Assembly (NCBI GenBank): GCA_002269645.1
Contig: NIVC01001283.1
Span: forward strand, 124,001 to 188,000
Source of the DNA: Macrostomum lignano
Taxonomy: Eukaryota
Reading direction: 5' to 3'
Length of the DNA: 64,000 bases
The translations under genes and the position numbers were made by a program. The stretch's first letter is position 1. Each line of letters opens with the position of its first letter. Of the stretch, positions 43,600-55,172 are shown piece after piece. The notes beneath the pieces are model-generated. The model was not told the DNA's origin, ran no database searches, and saw only the letters and a list, made by a program, of their open reading frames with translations.

Positions 43600-44450
43600 A
43601 CCAACCTTTGCATTTTGTTGATGGCCTACTACTCTGCAGCTACATTCGTGGCATTTTGCTTCTGCTTTTCAAGCTCTGCAATCTTTGCCTGCTGCTTCTC
43701 TGGTTCCTGATTTAGTCTTTTTAACTCACTCTCTTGTTGCTTTGCCCTAGCACATTCTTCAGCTTTGGCACAGGCATCAAAGCCAAATACCAATAAAGAT
43801 TGATTGATTTTGAAATTGCTTGGTCTGGCACCACTTGACTTTAGCTATAACTTTGCCAAGAGGCTATCTAGTGTAAAATCTAAAAGCTAGTTTCTCTGTC
43901 TAGTTAGGTTTTTTGCAATCCGCTTGATTGCATGCTCACTATCAGTGTTTCTATAAGGAAGACTGCAAACTGCGTGGCCTAGCTAAGAATGAAGTGAAAA
44001 GCCTTCTAGTGGCAAAATAGCCTAAAGTTTATCTGGCTCATTCATGCCAGCAATTTCAACAACTATTGAGAGTTTGAGACACTAACTTAGTTATCTCCAG
44101 TCAAATGTCATCTATGCAAGCTGATTTAATTACCTTCAGCAAGGCTTTAGCAGTGTTTAGAGTAGTACATTTGGTGTTTAACTGTGAACCCAGAAGTTTT
44201 CTAGGGTCTAAGAAGCTCAAAACTTGTAGAAATTTGTTCTAGAGTGGTAGATAAGTAAATAGAAGTCACAAACAGCTTAAAAAAACCCAATTTGATCAAG
44301 CTTAGATAACTGGCTAATAGTGCTTCTGGTGGAACTTGAACTAGGTTTTCCAGAACTACTTCATAGTTTCAATTTTTATTTTTAGTGCAGAAATGACTAA
44401 AAAGTACTGTAAAACCAAAATAGTTGTGCAGTTGAGCAGAAAACTAAAAT
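43600..44450 (-). pseudogene. Decayed DNA-transposase (hAT-like C-terminal) fragment
   Basis: The minus strand at 43861-43980 translates to AVCSLPYRNTDSEHAIKRIAKNLTRQRN*LLDFTLDSL, resembling hAT-type LPxSNADxERxFS...RNxL..ETLDSL with an in-frame stop. Outer boundaries are approximate. Confidence 0.45.
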
Positions 44451-45110
44451 TGGCAGGTATGGTTGCATTGCTAGCCACTGGATTAGGTAAAGTTAAATGA
44501 GAAAAACGTCAAATACATGAAACAGAATAGAATGAGATCTAATGAAGATGGTCCCAAATTCTTTAGTTGTTAGAGATTGAATGGAATTTTTTATATATGC
44601 TTAGTAATTAATGATAATAATAAGCAAATGCTATGAATGTTTAACTTTTTCTATTTTTAATCTATTAAGAATTTGCTTTCAGGTTGGATAATCAACATTA
44701 TTGAATATGCCCAATAGATTTTTATTGTGCTGAATATTTTTGCTTTTTAAACACTTTAGAAAATTATTTGAACTACATCACATTTTCATGTATTTCTAAT
44801 GTCTCCTAATAATAAATTAATTCTTTCCAGATTGTAAGTGGAAAATGTCTAAGCGAAATGTGAGTAACATTGAAAATGTAAGTTGTTGTTTTGTGTTACT
44901 GTTTACACTACTTGGAAGCCATTATGAATTGTATTTTGCCATGTTGCATGTTGCTATTTAAAATAGTTCTATTGTCAAAAAGTTGTATTTTTTATTTGTA
45001 GACAATATTCTACTCTCAGTAGTTAAATAACGGTTCATTTATACACACAGGTGCCTGCTCCTGCTGGTCCAAGCGCCAAAGCGCCTCGGATTGCAAGTGG
45101 CGGAAATTCC

Positions 45111-48100
45111 ATGTCGGAATATGAGCGAGCTCGCCTGCAGAGGATTAACGAAAATCAGGCACTACTTGGCAATCTAAATATCGCGCTAGTAAGTTTCAAT
45201 AAACTGCAATAAATTAGAAACAACAGCAGTACAGGATATGATGCCCCTTTTGACATTGCAGCCTCGCTTCAAGCCAACACCTGCGCCAGTAAAACTGTAA
45301 GTGATATTAAAGTTGGCACCTTTTTAATAACACTTCAATGCAGGCCTTTTCACAACGAATAGTCGAATGTTGCTTAGATATAGTATATACTAGCACACCT
45401 GGACCCATTGGCCTATTTTCTCTAACAATAGAAACAATCACGTACATCTGGCTGTCGCTTTTTGATGACAGGAAATCCCAGTTGTACAAATGTAGCCATA
45501 GCAACTCTCGAGATCCGGCAGATCCCATCATTAAACACCGCTAGTCCCTTAAAAGTAGGCCGGATCACCATGGGGGTATTCCGAATACCCTAAATCGAAA
45601 ACCACCTCCGTTATTCACAAAATATCTCGGCACCTAGAGGTCAAAGATCACATTCCTCGCGAATTTGTGTTATGCAGACATATAATTATAAAACAAAGCA
45701 ATCCAGCTAAAGCGCATGCATGTTTGTTGTTGTTGTCTAATACATTGGTTTTCGTCCTTTAGTTTTACAGTAACTTTAAAAAGTGCATTTCAAAAAAGAA
45801 ATACCATTGATTAGCTAGGAAACGGACCCGTTTAAGCCCATTTTCACAGGTAAAATTTCTAGGTAGAGATTTCAGAGATGAACCAATTTGCTGAAAAATT
45901 TACCGAGCGGTTCACTTTTAAATGCATTACAATCAAGCTAGCCGGTGTGTCCTAAATAGTCTATGGTAGAAGCCGCCGAAGTGAAGGCAAATCTTCATTG
46001 GCTGAAAGGTTTTTCGGTTTGGCTGAATTCATTTACAGGAGCGGGACAGCTAGCCGGTGTGTCCTAAATAGTCTATGGTAGAAGCCGCCGAAGTGAAGGC
46101 AAAATCTCCATTGGCTGAAAGGTTTTGCAGTTTGGCTGAATTCATTTACAGGAGCGGGACAGCTAGCCGGTGTGTCCTAAATAGTCTATGGTAGAAGCCG
46201 CCGAAGTGAAGGCAAATCTCCACTGGCTGAAAGGTTTTTCAGTTTGGCTGAATTCATTTACAGGAGCGGGACAGCTAGCCGGTGTGTCCTAAATAGTCTA
46301 TGGTAGAAGCCGCCGAAGTGAAGGCAAATCTCCACTGGCTGAAAGGTTTTTCAGTTTGGCTGAATTCATTTACAGGAGCGGGACAGCTAGCCGGTGTGTC
46401 CTAAATAGTCTATGGTAGAAGCCACCGAAGTGAAGGCAAAATCTCCACTGGCTGAAAGGTTTTTCAGTTTGGCTGAATTCATTTACAGGAGCGGGACAGC
46501 TAGCCGGTGTGTCCTAAATAGTCTATGGTAGAAGCCGCCGAAGTAAAAGCAAAATCTCCACTGGCTGAAAGGTTTTCAGTTTGGCTGAATTCATTTACAG
46601 GAGCGGGACAGCTAGCCGGTGTGTCCTAAATAGTCTATGGTAGAAGCCCCCGAAGTGAAGGCAAATCTCCACTGGCTGAAAGGTTTTTCAGTTTGGCTGA
46701 ATTCATTTACAGGAGCGGGACAGCTAGCCGGTGTGTCCTAAATAGTCTATGGTAGAAGCCGCCGAAGTGAAGGCAAATCTCCACTGGCTGAAAGGTTTTT
46801 CGGTTTGGCTGAATTCATTTACAGGAGCGGGACAGCTAGCCGGTGTGTCCTAAATAGTCTATGGTAGAAGCCGCCGAAGTGAAGGCAAATCTCCACTGGC
46901 TGAAAGGTTTTTCAGTTTGGCTGAATTCATTTACAGGAGCGGGACAGCTAGCCGGTGTGTCCTAAATAGTCTATGGTAGAAGCCGCCGAAGTGAAGGCAA
47001 AATCTCCATTGGCTGAAAGGTTTTGCAGTTTGGCTGAATTCAATCACAAAAAGCTATAATTGAGACTCAGCAATCTGCATGCATGCAGCAGATAGCCGAA
47101 TCTCAACTAGCTTGGCTAAATTCTCAAATTGATTGCTCCAACGTCCCTAATTTGAGCCATCACAAAACACTTTTCGATGATATGATGAAATTTTTAATTA
47201 GGGAAGCTTCGCATCATTGAAAAGTTTCCAAGAGTTGGAAGAAACTTCAAAAGTTGAAGAGTTTCCAAGGTCTAATCAAGTAGAAAGAGCCGGTTCGTGC
47301 CTTTCATTTTTTATGCACAGGGCATGTACGTAGGATTTTTGAATATCAATAGAGCTATAAAATGGCAAGACATATCGAAAGCAATAACAATTTTTGTGCT
47401 GAAAAATGAAAACTTATTATGCCTGTTAGAACTCCTAAAAAACGTAGTTTCCCGTCTTTCTACTTGAGTAGTCCTTGAGAGTTTTAAGCTTGCGTAAACG
47501 CCTCCCTCACCCCTTCTATTAAGCCGACCGTAGCACTCCAACATATCTAACTTATTACTGATTAATCTGGCCTGCTCCATTTATCCAGCCGAGTGCGCCC
47601 GCTGCCTACTACTACTAGTAGCACTTCCAATGTCGGAATTGATGAAGAGTACCAGCCGCCTAGCGCTAAGCAGCCGCGCCGCGCCTCGGTTAGACGCGCG
47701 CCAAAGCGTCGCAGCGCCCGCATCGCCGCCGCCGATAGGATTAAGCGGGCGTCGACTAACAGCCTGGACGGCGACGTTCTACTGCCGCCGTCGCCGAAGA
47801 GGCGAAGCCGTCGAATTGGCGCGATGGCGCCGAACAGTGCCGCGCTAGGCGAGACAGCATCGACGTCGGACAGCGCTGATGAAGCCGAATCGGAATCCGA
47901 CGATGAACCGGAACGAGGTATGAAGTGTTATAGTTAGCCTAGGCGTGTTGAAACGGGGAGAAACGCACGGCATCCCGCCCGCTGCAATAATCTATGGCCA
48001 ACTTCAATAAGTAAAAAAACTCGTATGCATATAAGTATCTAGTTAATGGGCCGTATGCAGAAAGCTCTGTCTAGGGTAGTTTGGTCTTGAAAAGCTAGTC

Positions 48101-51100
48101 TGGACTTGGATTTGGTATGCAGAAACGCAAAGTTAGACCGATCTACTATAGACAGAACTAGGGTAGCTAAACCATAGACCATAGACTGAACTACCCAAGT
48201 CCGGACTAGCTAGTCTGGTCTAAGCTTTCTGCATACGGCCCAATGTTTCTACAACTTGTATATTTTAAAAGTAAAGCTTAGTGCTGCTTAACAATTCTTA
48301 GTATCAGTTACTATTTTTTCAATTCGCAAAATAAGGAGTTTTGGCCATAGACAATTTTTGGATTTCATTATTTCTTTCTTTGTCTTGTGTGCTGGTGTGC
48401 TAATGTGGGGGCTCTGCCCCCACACCCCCGCAAGGGGGCTCAACGCCCCCTTGACCCCGCTTCCTTCTGACTTTGCCATAGACATTTTCAGCGGGCCGTG
48501 AAACCGACTGAATGCATTGGAGTAAATGGGATTTTACCATAGACAGTCTCAGCGGCCCGTGAAACGCGGTTTCACGCCCGCTGACTATAACACTAATATG
48601 GAGGCTACGCGCCTCGGCGTTATAGCTCATTTCTGCCCTCTGCAGCCCATCAATATTGGTATATTCTCGTATTCTACTCCTGCAATGTTTCATTATCTCT
48701 TGTCTTTATTCAATATTTTGAAGACTAATAGGAGTAAAAATACGGTTGGACCGAGTTTTCTTCACTTATTGTACTCCGTTAAAGACGTGAAATACTGTAA
48801 ATAACGGATTGTCGGCATCCTTGCGCAACACCTTCGGCGACGTCGTCTTACAACCAGCGTTGAGACAGGTCGTCTGCCCATTCCGCTGACTTCTGAGCAC
48901 ATTCACTCACTCATACGCACGCTCACACGGAGTGTACAGCGTTCCTGACTTTCTAATTGCATGACAACCCCCTGGGCTATTTGGTGCACGCGCAACAGTC
49001 GTCTCAGTTGTTATTTGAGAGTCGTTGTGTTACAGTGAAAATTTCTACTAACTCAATTGCTGCGTCAGTTATTGCGTAGTAAAAAGCCAATTAGGCACAA
49101 GGCAGCTGATTTACTGCTAAGTGCTAGCCCCAGAGTCTTGGTCTCCCTAGTGAATGCGACTTGTACCGTGACATTTTATCGTTTTGGCGTAGTTCAGAAT
49201 AAACATCTTGGCCTAGGTAACGTATTCCATCGGGTATTGTCTGGTCTCTAAGATTTCCCAGTTGGAAGAGACTCTGGGGGATTTCGGGGATCACCTTATC
49301 AACTCTACACTGCTTGTTCATGTTCAAGACAGTGTCAATCAATGAGCAATCAAAGATCAGCTAATTGCAATGGTTGCTTTTCTAGCAAAATTTTACCTGA
49401 AGCCAGGTGTCCTAGTTGCCATGCCGTCTCAAACAGGAGAACCCATATTGTCACTACTTCTCAAGTGCTGTCAAAATACGATTTAAAAAATAATTTGAGC
49501 AATCAACGATCAGGGGTCGGGAAAAAAACTTTTTTACCTCGAGGGCCAGAGTAAAGAAGAGATTAAGGAGAAGACCTTGAGACCTTGATTGCTGTTGTGA
49601 AGTTTTAAAGGGCCCGAGGGCTGGACTTTGCCGATCTTGTAGTAGATGCTTATCAAATATTAACACGATTGAGTTCAGATTTCATGATGCTATTGGCCGT
49701 CTCATATCGGGAGGTCACATCAAATTTTCGCAATGCACTTTAGAATATGCATCGAAGGTGAAACAAATGCCAACATTTCATTCAGGTCGGCTTGATCTGG
49801 CATCCGAACTGGCCGACCTGCTGGCCCAGGTGAAACCATTTAGCAGTGATAATGATGAAGAAGATAAAAATAAGGCTAAAAATAAGACTCATGCCAACGG
49901 GTTCACTACAAATAACATGAGATTTCTATGCTCAATGAGGCCGCTGCAAAAGCGCATATTTTCGTTGGCTCTGCGCGACGACGGCACCGCCCAGCAACCG
50001 TTGCTAGGCGCCGCCGGCGACACCAAAGGCACGATAGGCCTGTTCGCGTTGACTAATAATAACGAGTCGGACGCTGTGCTTACTGGTCGGCTTCACACCG
50101 ATCGGGTGACCGAACTGGTATTCGGTCCTGGGGATGCTTCGCACCTGCTATTCACGGCTTCGTACGACGGTCTGGTTCGATTCGTTGATTTAAACGCCTG
50201 CATTGGTGACGAGATTAGCGACGAGCTGCGCAACGAGCGATTTGGCGCCACTGCGCTTGCCTGCCTGCCAGCTGGCGGAGTTGCCCAGGTTGGCGAGGGT
50301 CTCGCCGTAGGCGGCGAGGACGGCCTATTGAGAATCTTGGATAGGCGAACTGGTTAGTTTGATTTCCAGTTTGAATGCCAATCCGAGGGCTTCGCCTTTC
50401 GGCGGTTCAATGTCGCCGTTTGTTTTAATCCCGGACATCATTTAGACACCTTTAGTTTTGAGCCCGGATGTCACTCAGACATATTTAGTTTGGATCCCGG
50501 ATGTCATTCTGGCACCTTTAGTTTTGAGCCCGGAAGTCACTCAGACATCTTTAGTTTGGATCCCGGATGTCATTCTGGCACCTTTAGTTTTGAGCCCGGA
50601 TGTCACTCAGACACCTTTAGTTTGGATCCCGGATGTCATTCTGGCACCTTCAGTTTTGATCGTGGGTGCATTTAGGCCAATTTACACGCAGCTGTGTAAA
50701 TCCCAATCCCGAATCCCTGCTCTAGGCAAATTCAGCGAGCTAACTGCCAACTGCTGCCGTCGCGTAGTGAAGTGCATCGACCCGCATCCCGGACCCGGCC
50801 GCGGGCACCTGTGCCTCACCGCCTGTCTAGATGGCAGCGTCAACTTGTGGGATCTGCGCTCAACCAAGGAGCCTCTTGGCGATTTCAGCCAGGGCCGAAG
50901 CGCCGATTCAGCCTATTGGAGCCCAACTGGGGATATGCGCTTCCTCACCACCTCGCTGAACGATACTGTGCGGGTGTACGATGCCGACAGCGGCGATGGA
51001 GAGCCGGTGAGGCTTGGCTCATTTTGGCTAAGCGTGCCGTGATATCCTATTCTAGCACCCTGGTTTTCAATAGTCTTCTTGCCCATGTCTCCATGTCGTT

Positions 51101-51926
51101 AGTTTATCCATGATGAAAGTAAAAAACCGGGTTGGGCCGTAGCCTAGTATTCTGGCGCGGCGTTCTCATGTGCCAGCGGGCCAGGCTCGATTCAAAGTGC
51201 AGTCACATTAATTTGTGGCTAAATTGAAATCTTTGCTTAGGCAGGGCAATAGTGCATTTGAGAGACAATCTAGTAGTGCATTAGAGAGACAATCTAAAAG
51301 TGCATTAGGGAAACAATATAATAGTGCATTAGTGAGACAATCTAATAGTGCATTAGGGAGACAATCTAATAGTGCATTAGTGAGACAATCTAATAGTGCA
51401 TCAGAGAGACAATCTAATAGTGCATCAGAGAGACAATCTAATAGTGCATTTGAGAGACAATCTAATAGTGCATTTGAGAGACAATCTAATGGTGCATTTG
51501 AGAGACAATCTAATAGTGCATTAGGGCGACAATATCTGTCTTTATGTTGAACCTCATGTGTACTGTATGTGAATCGCATCAGTCATCAGTCAGTTTTTTT
51601 CACCAAAAGCCCTAACAACCTCCACCTGCGGGCAGCTTCTGTCCATCAGTCACGACAATTTCACCACTCGCTACCTGTCGAATTTTCGCGCAATCTGGTG
51701 TCCCAGCGGCGCGGCTGGCGACTCCGGCCCAATCGCAATCGGTTCGATGTACAAGCAGCAGCGCCGTATTGAGATCTACTCGCCGGAGTCTGGCCGCCTC
51801 ATCGATTGCGTGTGGGACGAGAATCTGACTACGGTCACTTCGTTGGTCCGCTGGCAGAAAAGTCGGGGCATCCTGTGTGGCGGCAATTCCAGCGGCAAAG
51901 TGTTCGTGTTCGGGCAGGCCGCGTAG
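45111..51926 (+). CDS. WDR76: WDR76/CMR1 WD40-repeat DNA-damage-binding protein. 6 exons: 45111-45188, 45262-45296, 47589-47917, 49786-50352, 50726-51006, 51636-51926 (~526 aa)
   Basis: N-terminal MSEYERARLQRINENQALL helix. KRIFSLAL...LGAAGDTKGTIGLF, LTACLDGSVNLWDLR, SADSAYWSPTG. Last exon (not in the ORF track) LLSISHDNFTTRYLSNFRAIWCP...IGSMYKQQRRIEIY...ILCGGNSSGKVFVF matches the WDR76 C-terminus. All junctions are GT-AG and phase-consistent. An in-frame acceptor at 45050 means the start could lie further upstream. Confidence 0.88.
45936..47041. repeat. 112-113 bp tandem repeat, ~10 copies, in WDR76 intron 2
   Basis: Unit starts at 45936, 46048, 46161, 46273, 46385, 46498, 46610, 46722, 46834, 46946. 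Confidence 0.97.
48048..48241. mobile_element. 194 bp Harbinger-type MITE in WDR76 intron 3
   Basis: 19 bp TIR GGGCCGTATGCAGAAAGCT / AGCTTTCTGCATACGGCCC. 3 bp TSD AAT on both sides. Confidence 0.78.
48800..48960 (-). mobile_element. Short dispersed element (SINE body/3' part) related to 3565-3690 (+) and 29837-29925 (-)
   Basis: Shared AGTC(A/T)GG..CGCTGTACAC..GTGTGAG.GTG...GCG(G/C)AATGGGCA motifs. Confidence 0.6.
50431..50660. repeat. 66 bp (2x33) tandem repeat in WDR76 intron 4
   Basis: AGCCCGGATGTCACTCAGACACCTTTAGTTTGGATCCCGGATGTCATTCTGGCACCTTTAGTTTTG repeated ~3.5 times. Confidence 0.92.
51134..51232 (+). mobile_element. tRNA-derived SINE head (second copy of the 3375-3477 family) in WDR76 intron 5
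   Basis: GGGCCGTAGCCTAGT...GCGCGGCGTTCTCATGTGCCAGCGGGCCAGGCTCGATTCAAAGTGCAGTCACATTA aligns with 3375-3477. Confidence 0.65.
51240..51530. repeat. 24 bp minisatellite AGAGACAATCTAATAGTGCATTAG directly after the SINE head
   Basis: Directly visible, ~12 copies. Confidence 0.93.
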
Positions 51927-52106
51927 TGGGGAGGCTGCGGATGATGATGAGGATCATTGATTGAGAGAAATTCTTCAACAAGAAAATTGCGTTTTTTATC
52001 CCGTGTTGAACTCCATTACGATGCGCTCGGTAGGTTTTGGCCAGTCAGATCTCATTGTTTGCACCTCTGGTTCTATTTAGGCGTAAATAGCCTACTACCT
52101 ATTCTA

Positions 52107-52469
52107 ATTGCTAATCTACATCTGTCCCTCAAATGATTAAAGTGGATTGCTAATCTACATCTGTCCCTCAAATGATTAAAGTGGATTGCTAATCTACATC
52201 TGTCCCTCAAATGATTAAAGTAGATTGCTAATCTACATCTGTCCCTCAAATGATTAAAGTGGATTGCTAATCTACATCTGTCCCTCAAATGATTAAAGTG
52301 GATTGCTAATCTACATCTGTCCCTCAAATGATTAAAGTGGATTGCTAATCTACATCTGTCCCTCAAGTTATTAAAGTGGATTGCTAATCTACATCTGTCC
52401 CTCAAGTTATTAAAGTGGATTGCTAATCTAAATCTGTCCCTCAAATGATTAAAGTGGATTGCTAATCTA
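52107..52469. repeat. 39 bp minisatellite GGATTGCTAATCTACATCTGTCCCTCAAATGATTAAAGT downstream of WDR76
   Basis: Directly visible, ~9 copies. Confidence 0.95.
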
Positions 52470-52835
52470 TTGCACCAGTAATCGTAAACTATGCTTCGCT
52501 TGAACTAGTTTTCAGTTTTTTTTAATTCATCTTTCAATTTTCAAGTAACCGATGAAACATTATAGCTATGCATCAAATATTTTCATTGCGCGTTAATCTG
52601 CTACTTAGTTTGCATTTGTCTTTAATATGAGCTCGAAGGCTTCAAAGTCTGTGTGCAATTCTCCAAACAGATTTTAGTCCTTTGTTTAGGAATATTTTTC
52701 CTATTTTTTTTTCTATCCTGCATTGTTCCAGTGCGGAAAGTTCAGGTGATCTGTGCATTCAATTTTTTATTGCTTTGTGGTTTTAATTTGGTTATTCAGG
52801 CTTTCTGGTGTCTCCATCAGTTCTGTCTGTCAGTA

Positions 52836-53529
52836 TCGCTTTTGACGCTCTGGATGGGACTTTGGACATTCAAAATGGGACTGCATAGGATCGCAAGCAA
52901 GGCCAGGCTAGCCACGGCCAGAGCGTGCCCAGTCTTGGCTGCAGGGATGGCTTGGCCATAGACTAAAAAATGGAATATTAAAATGAGAATAAGACGCTCA
53001 ATATGAGACCGGGAGTGAACGTAATTTATTTGCTTTTCAGCGTCTCAGTCAGGAAGTCTCTCATCTCGTTGTCAGCCTTGCAATTTTCTTCTCTCCGACC
53101 GCCACGAGGTAGGGATTCAACTCTGCCATGGAGGCGGAACCCCGCAGCGATCCTAAAGGCGGACGCTCTCTTGATCTTGAGAATTTGAGCGGCAGCTAGG
53201 ATGGTTGATCCATTGTTTACTGCGTCGATCAGACGCTGACGGTCTGCTGCAGGAATCGATGGTGCCATCACAGGGAAATCCAAGGGGTCAGATGCAACCC
53301 AAGGGGTGAAGAAGGAGAGCTAGCTGAGAACGATATCTGAAGGCTTTCACACTCAGTCTCATATTGAGCGTCTTATTCTCAATTTGATATTCCATTTTTT
53401 AGTCTATGGCCAAGCCATTCCTGCAGCCAAGACTGGGCGTGCTCTGGCCGTGGCTGGCCTGGCCTTGCTTGCGATCCTATGCAGTCTTATTTTGAATGTC
53501 TGAAGTCTTATCTAGAGCGTCAAAAGCGA
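52836..53529 (-). mobile_element. Internally deleted Tc1/mariner (IS630-like) element: ~180 bp TIRs, TA TSD, transposase N-terminal HTH remnant (53026-53283)
   Basis: 52836-53019 is the imperfect reverse complement of 53346-53529. TA at 52834-35 and 53530-31. The remnant MAPSIPAADRQRLIDAVNNGSTILAAAQILKIKRASAFRIAAGFRLHGRVESLPRGGRR is a paired-like HTH with a GRPR-like motif. No DDE domain. Confidence 0.82.
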
Positions 53530-53560
53530 TAGTAACTCACTTTTTCATTTTCTTATGCTT

Positions 53561-54192
53561 GAATGGATTGCTAATCTAGCCAATACATGGATGCAGGAAT
53601 AGAATGGATTGCTAATCTAGCCAATACACGGATGCAGGAATAGAATGGATTGCTAATCTAGCCAATACATGGATGCAGGAAGAGAATGGATTGCTAATCT
53701 AGCCAATACATGGATGCAGGAATAGAATGGATTGCTAATCTAGCCAATACATGGATGCAGGAAGAGAATGGATTGCTAATCTAGCCAATACACGGATGCA
53801 GGAATAGAATGGATTGCTAATCTAGCCAATACATGGATGCAGGAATAGAATGGATTGCTAATCTAGCCAATACACGGATGCGGGAATAGAATGGATTGCT
53901 AATCTAGCCAATACATGGATGCAGGAATAGAATGGATTGCTAATCTAGCCAATACATGGATGCAGGAAGAGAATGGATTGCTAATCTAGCCAATACACGG
54001 ATGCAGGAAGAGAATGGATTGCTAATCTAGCCAATACACGGATGCAGGAATAGAATGGATTGCTAATCTAGCCAATACACGGGTGCAGGAATAGAATGGA
54101 TTGCTAATCTAGCCAATACACGGATGCAGGAAGAGAATGGATTGCTAATCTAGCCAATACACGGATGCAGGAATAGAATGGATTGCTAATCT
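53561..54192. repeat. 41 bp minisatellite, inverted copy of the 17326-19170 family (~15 copies)
   Basis: GAATGGATTGCTAATCTAGCCAATACACGGATGCAGGAATA repeats. Confidence 0.97.
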
Positions 54193-54639
54193 GACTTAAA
54201 TGGATCTGGGAGTAGCAGTGCATTCATAAGTATAATGTTAGTTAATCGGTGACTGCACATGGCCTCTTATCTGAGACACTATCGAGACGTACTCTTAAAG
54301 TACTATACCGAGCAGGCCTGTCATGAGCATTTAAGTCCGGCTCGTATTTGAGAACGACATTTATTCTTGCATTAATGCTGTCTATCATTTATTATTTTCG
54401 AGTATTTTTTGTCTTTGCACTGATTGGCTGCAGGTTTTGCGCCGCATCCTGGATTGCTTGTACCCCTCACAACCGAACATTTATCTTATTGTCTGATTGC
54501 AATAATTTTAGTTGTTTGCAAAAAATTGACTAACTCTCTAAGAGAAGAAGCAACTTCTTCGGCTCGTATTTTTCCTTTTCATTTTCCTTGTTTGTTTTTA
54601 ATTTAATACGATTTACGATTTACAGACTCAGTGGTTGGT

Positions 54640-55025
54640 ATCTAGTGTGAATGATTAGGATCTAGTGTGAATGATTAGGATCTAGTGTGAATGGTTAGGA
54701 TCTAGTGTGAATGGTTTGGATCTAGTCTGAATGATTAGGATCTAGTGTGAATGTTTAGGATCTAGTGTGAATGGTTAGGATCTATTGTGAATGATTGGGA
54801 TGTAGTCTATTGTGAATGATTGGGATCTAGTGTGAATGATTGGGATCTAGTGTGAATAGTTTGGATCCAGTGTGAATAATTAGGATCTAGTGTGAATGAT
54901 AATTGTCTAGTGTGAATGATTAGGGTCTAGCGTTAATAATTAAGATCTAGTGTGAATGATTAGGATCGAGTGTGATTGTGAATAAATAGTATCTAGTGTG
55001 AGCAATTGGGTCTAGTAGGAATGAT
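54640..55025. repeat. 20 bp degenerate minisatellite GGATCTAGTGTGAATGATTA upstream of ADAM10
   Basis: Directly visible. Confidence 0.9.
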
Positions 55026-55172
55026 TTGGAGTTTGCTGAATAACTGGAATTTTCGAAGGATTGTAATATTAGTACCAGGCTTAGATTGGTTCTTCAATAC
55101 TGCTTAGATGTTGTGAAGTATGTGAATAACCTCGTATCTGCGTAGGCAGGTACGCAGCCTCTCTAACACCCC

